Both the position numbers and the translations under genes were made by a program. The notes under the pieces were generated by a model. The model was given only the letters and a program-made list of their open reading frames with translations, was not told where the DNA came from and made no database searches. From positions 1 to 31,288 of the IMG/VR virus record IMGVR_UViG_3300017658_000231: DNA of 31,288 bases; one strand, written 5' to 3'. The stretch is from a virus (lineage: Duplodnaviria > Caudoviricetes). Shown here in pieces: positions 30,920 through 31,288 of this stretch. The first letter of the stretch is position 1, and each line of letters starts with the position of its first letter.

Positions 30920-31288
30920 ATGGCTGCACCCAAGAAAAACAACACCAAGAAGAACGAAACTCCCGTCGTCAAATCTGATGCCATCCGAGACTGGCTCAAA
31001 GCCAACCCCAATGGAACCGCCGTTCAATGTCAAAAGGCACTCGCAGAGCAAGGCATTGAAGTTGGAAGCGGTCACTGTCAGCAGATTCTCAACAAGAGCA
31101 AGAGTGGCGGAAAAGTTGATGTCGCTCAGATCAAGCTCGCTGCAACTTTTGTGGAAACCTACGGCGACATCGATGCTGCTATCGAAGCCATTGATGGTGT
31201 GGGTGAGTTCATTCAGCAGTGCGGCAATCCTGCCAAAGCCAAGAGTGCTTTGGAAGCATATCAGTCAGTTGCAGCGATGCTGAAATAG
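30920..31288 (+). CDS. Small hypothetical protein, possibly DNA-binding
   Basis: GGAG SD; KSDAIRDWLKANP..ALAEQGIEV resembles small Planctomycete proteins (recalled pattern). Confidence 0.7.
   Translation: MAAPKKNNTKKNETPVVKSDAIRDWLKANPNGTAVQCQKALAEQGIEVGSGHCQQILNKSKSGGKVDVAQIKLAATFVETYGDIDAAIEAIDGVGEFIQQCGNPAKAKSALEAYQSVAAMLK

Larger units (their letters stand above)
1..31288. mobile_element. HK97-like temperate siphophage / prophage (boundaries not defined)
   Basis: Integrase plus complete HNH-terS-terL-portal-protease-capsid-neck-tail-TMP order, methyltransferases and regulators; no recognisable host housekeeping genes. Confidence 0.93.

Noticed and set aside
1-31288. attL/attR sites and tRNA genes
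   Set aside because: The window starts at the integrase ATG and ends at a stop codon; no terminal direct repeat or cloverleaf was found by eye

Overview
The whole 31.3-kb window reads as an HK97-like temperate siphophage (prophage). The host is probably a Planctomycetota member; this is inference from the atypical integrase and the last small protein. Gene order: tyrosine-recombinase-like integrase, HNH and small regulators, cos-like region, terS, terL, portal, prohead protease, major capsid, neck, tail tube, chaperones with a -1 frameshift, tape measure and tail-tip/fibre genes. These are followed by a T4 gp55-like minimal sigma factor, a putative replication gene, two orphan DNA methyltransferases, an XRE-like regulator and a putative Abi-like membrane protein. 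The most striking feature is regulatory. (1) A T4-late-promoter-like octamer (CATAnMTA, core TAnnTA; T4 consensus TATAAATA) lies 4-5 nt before the start codon of many SD-less structural genes. It often sits inside a hairpin that would hide the start codon on read-through RNA, suggesting a gp55-like sigma driving gene-by-gene leaderless late mRNAs. (2) A 17-bp palindrome (AATACAA-N3-TTGTATT) recurs at least 13 times, between and inside genes, like a dispersed operator network. Also present are two antisense morons flanking terS, one an unannotated 46-aa peptide with its own promoter and leader terminator, and a pseudoknot-type attenuator RNA upstream of the putative rep gene. No lysis cassette or att sites were recognised. 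All family assignments are by motif recognition, not database search.
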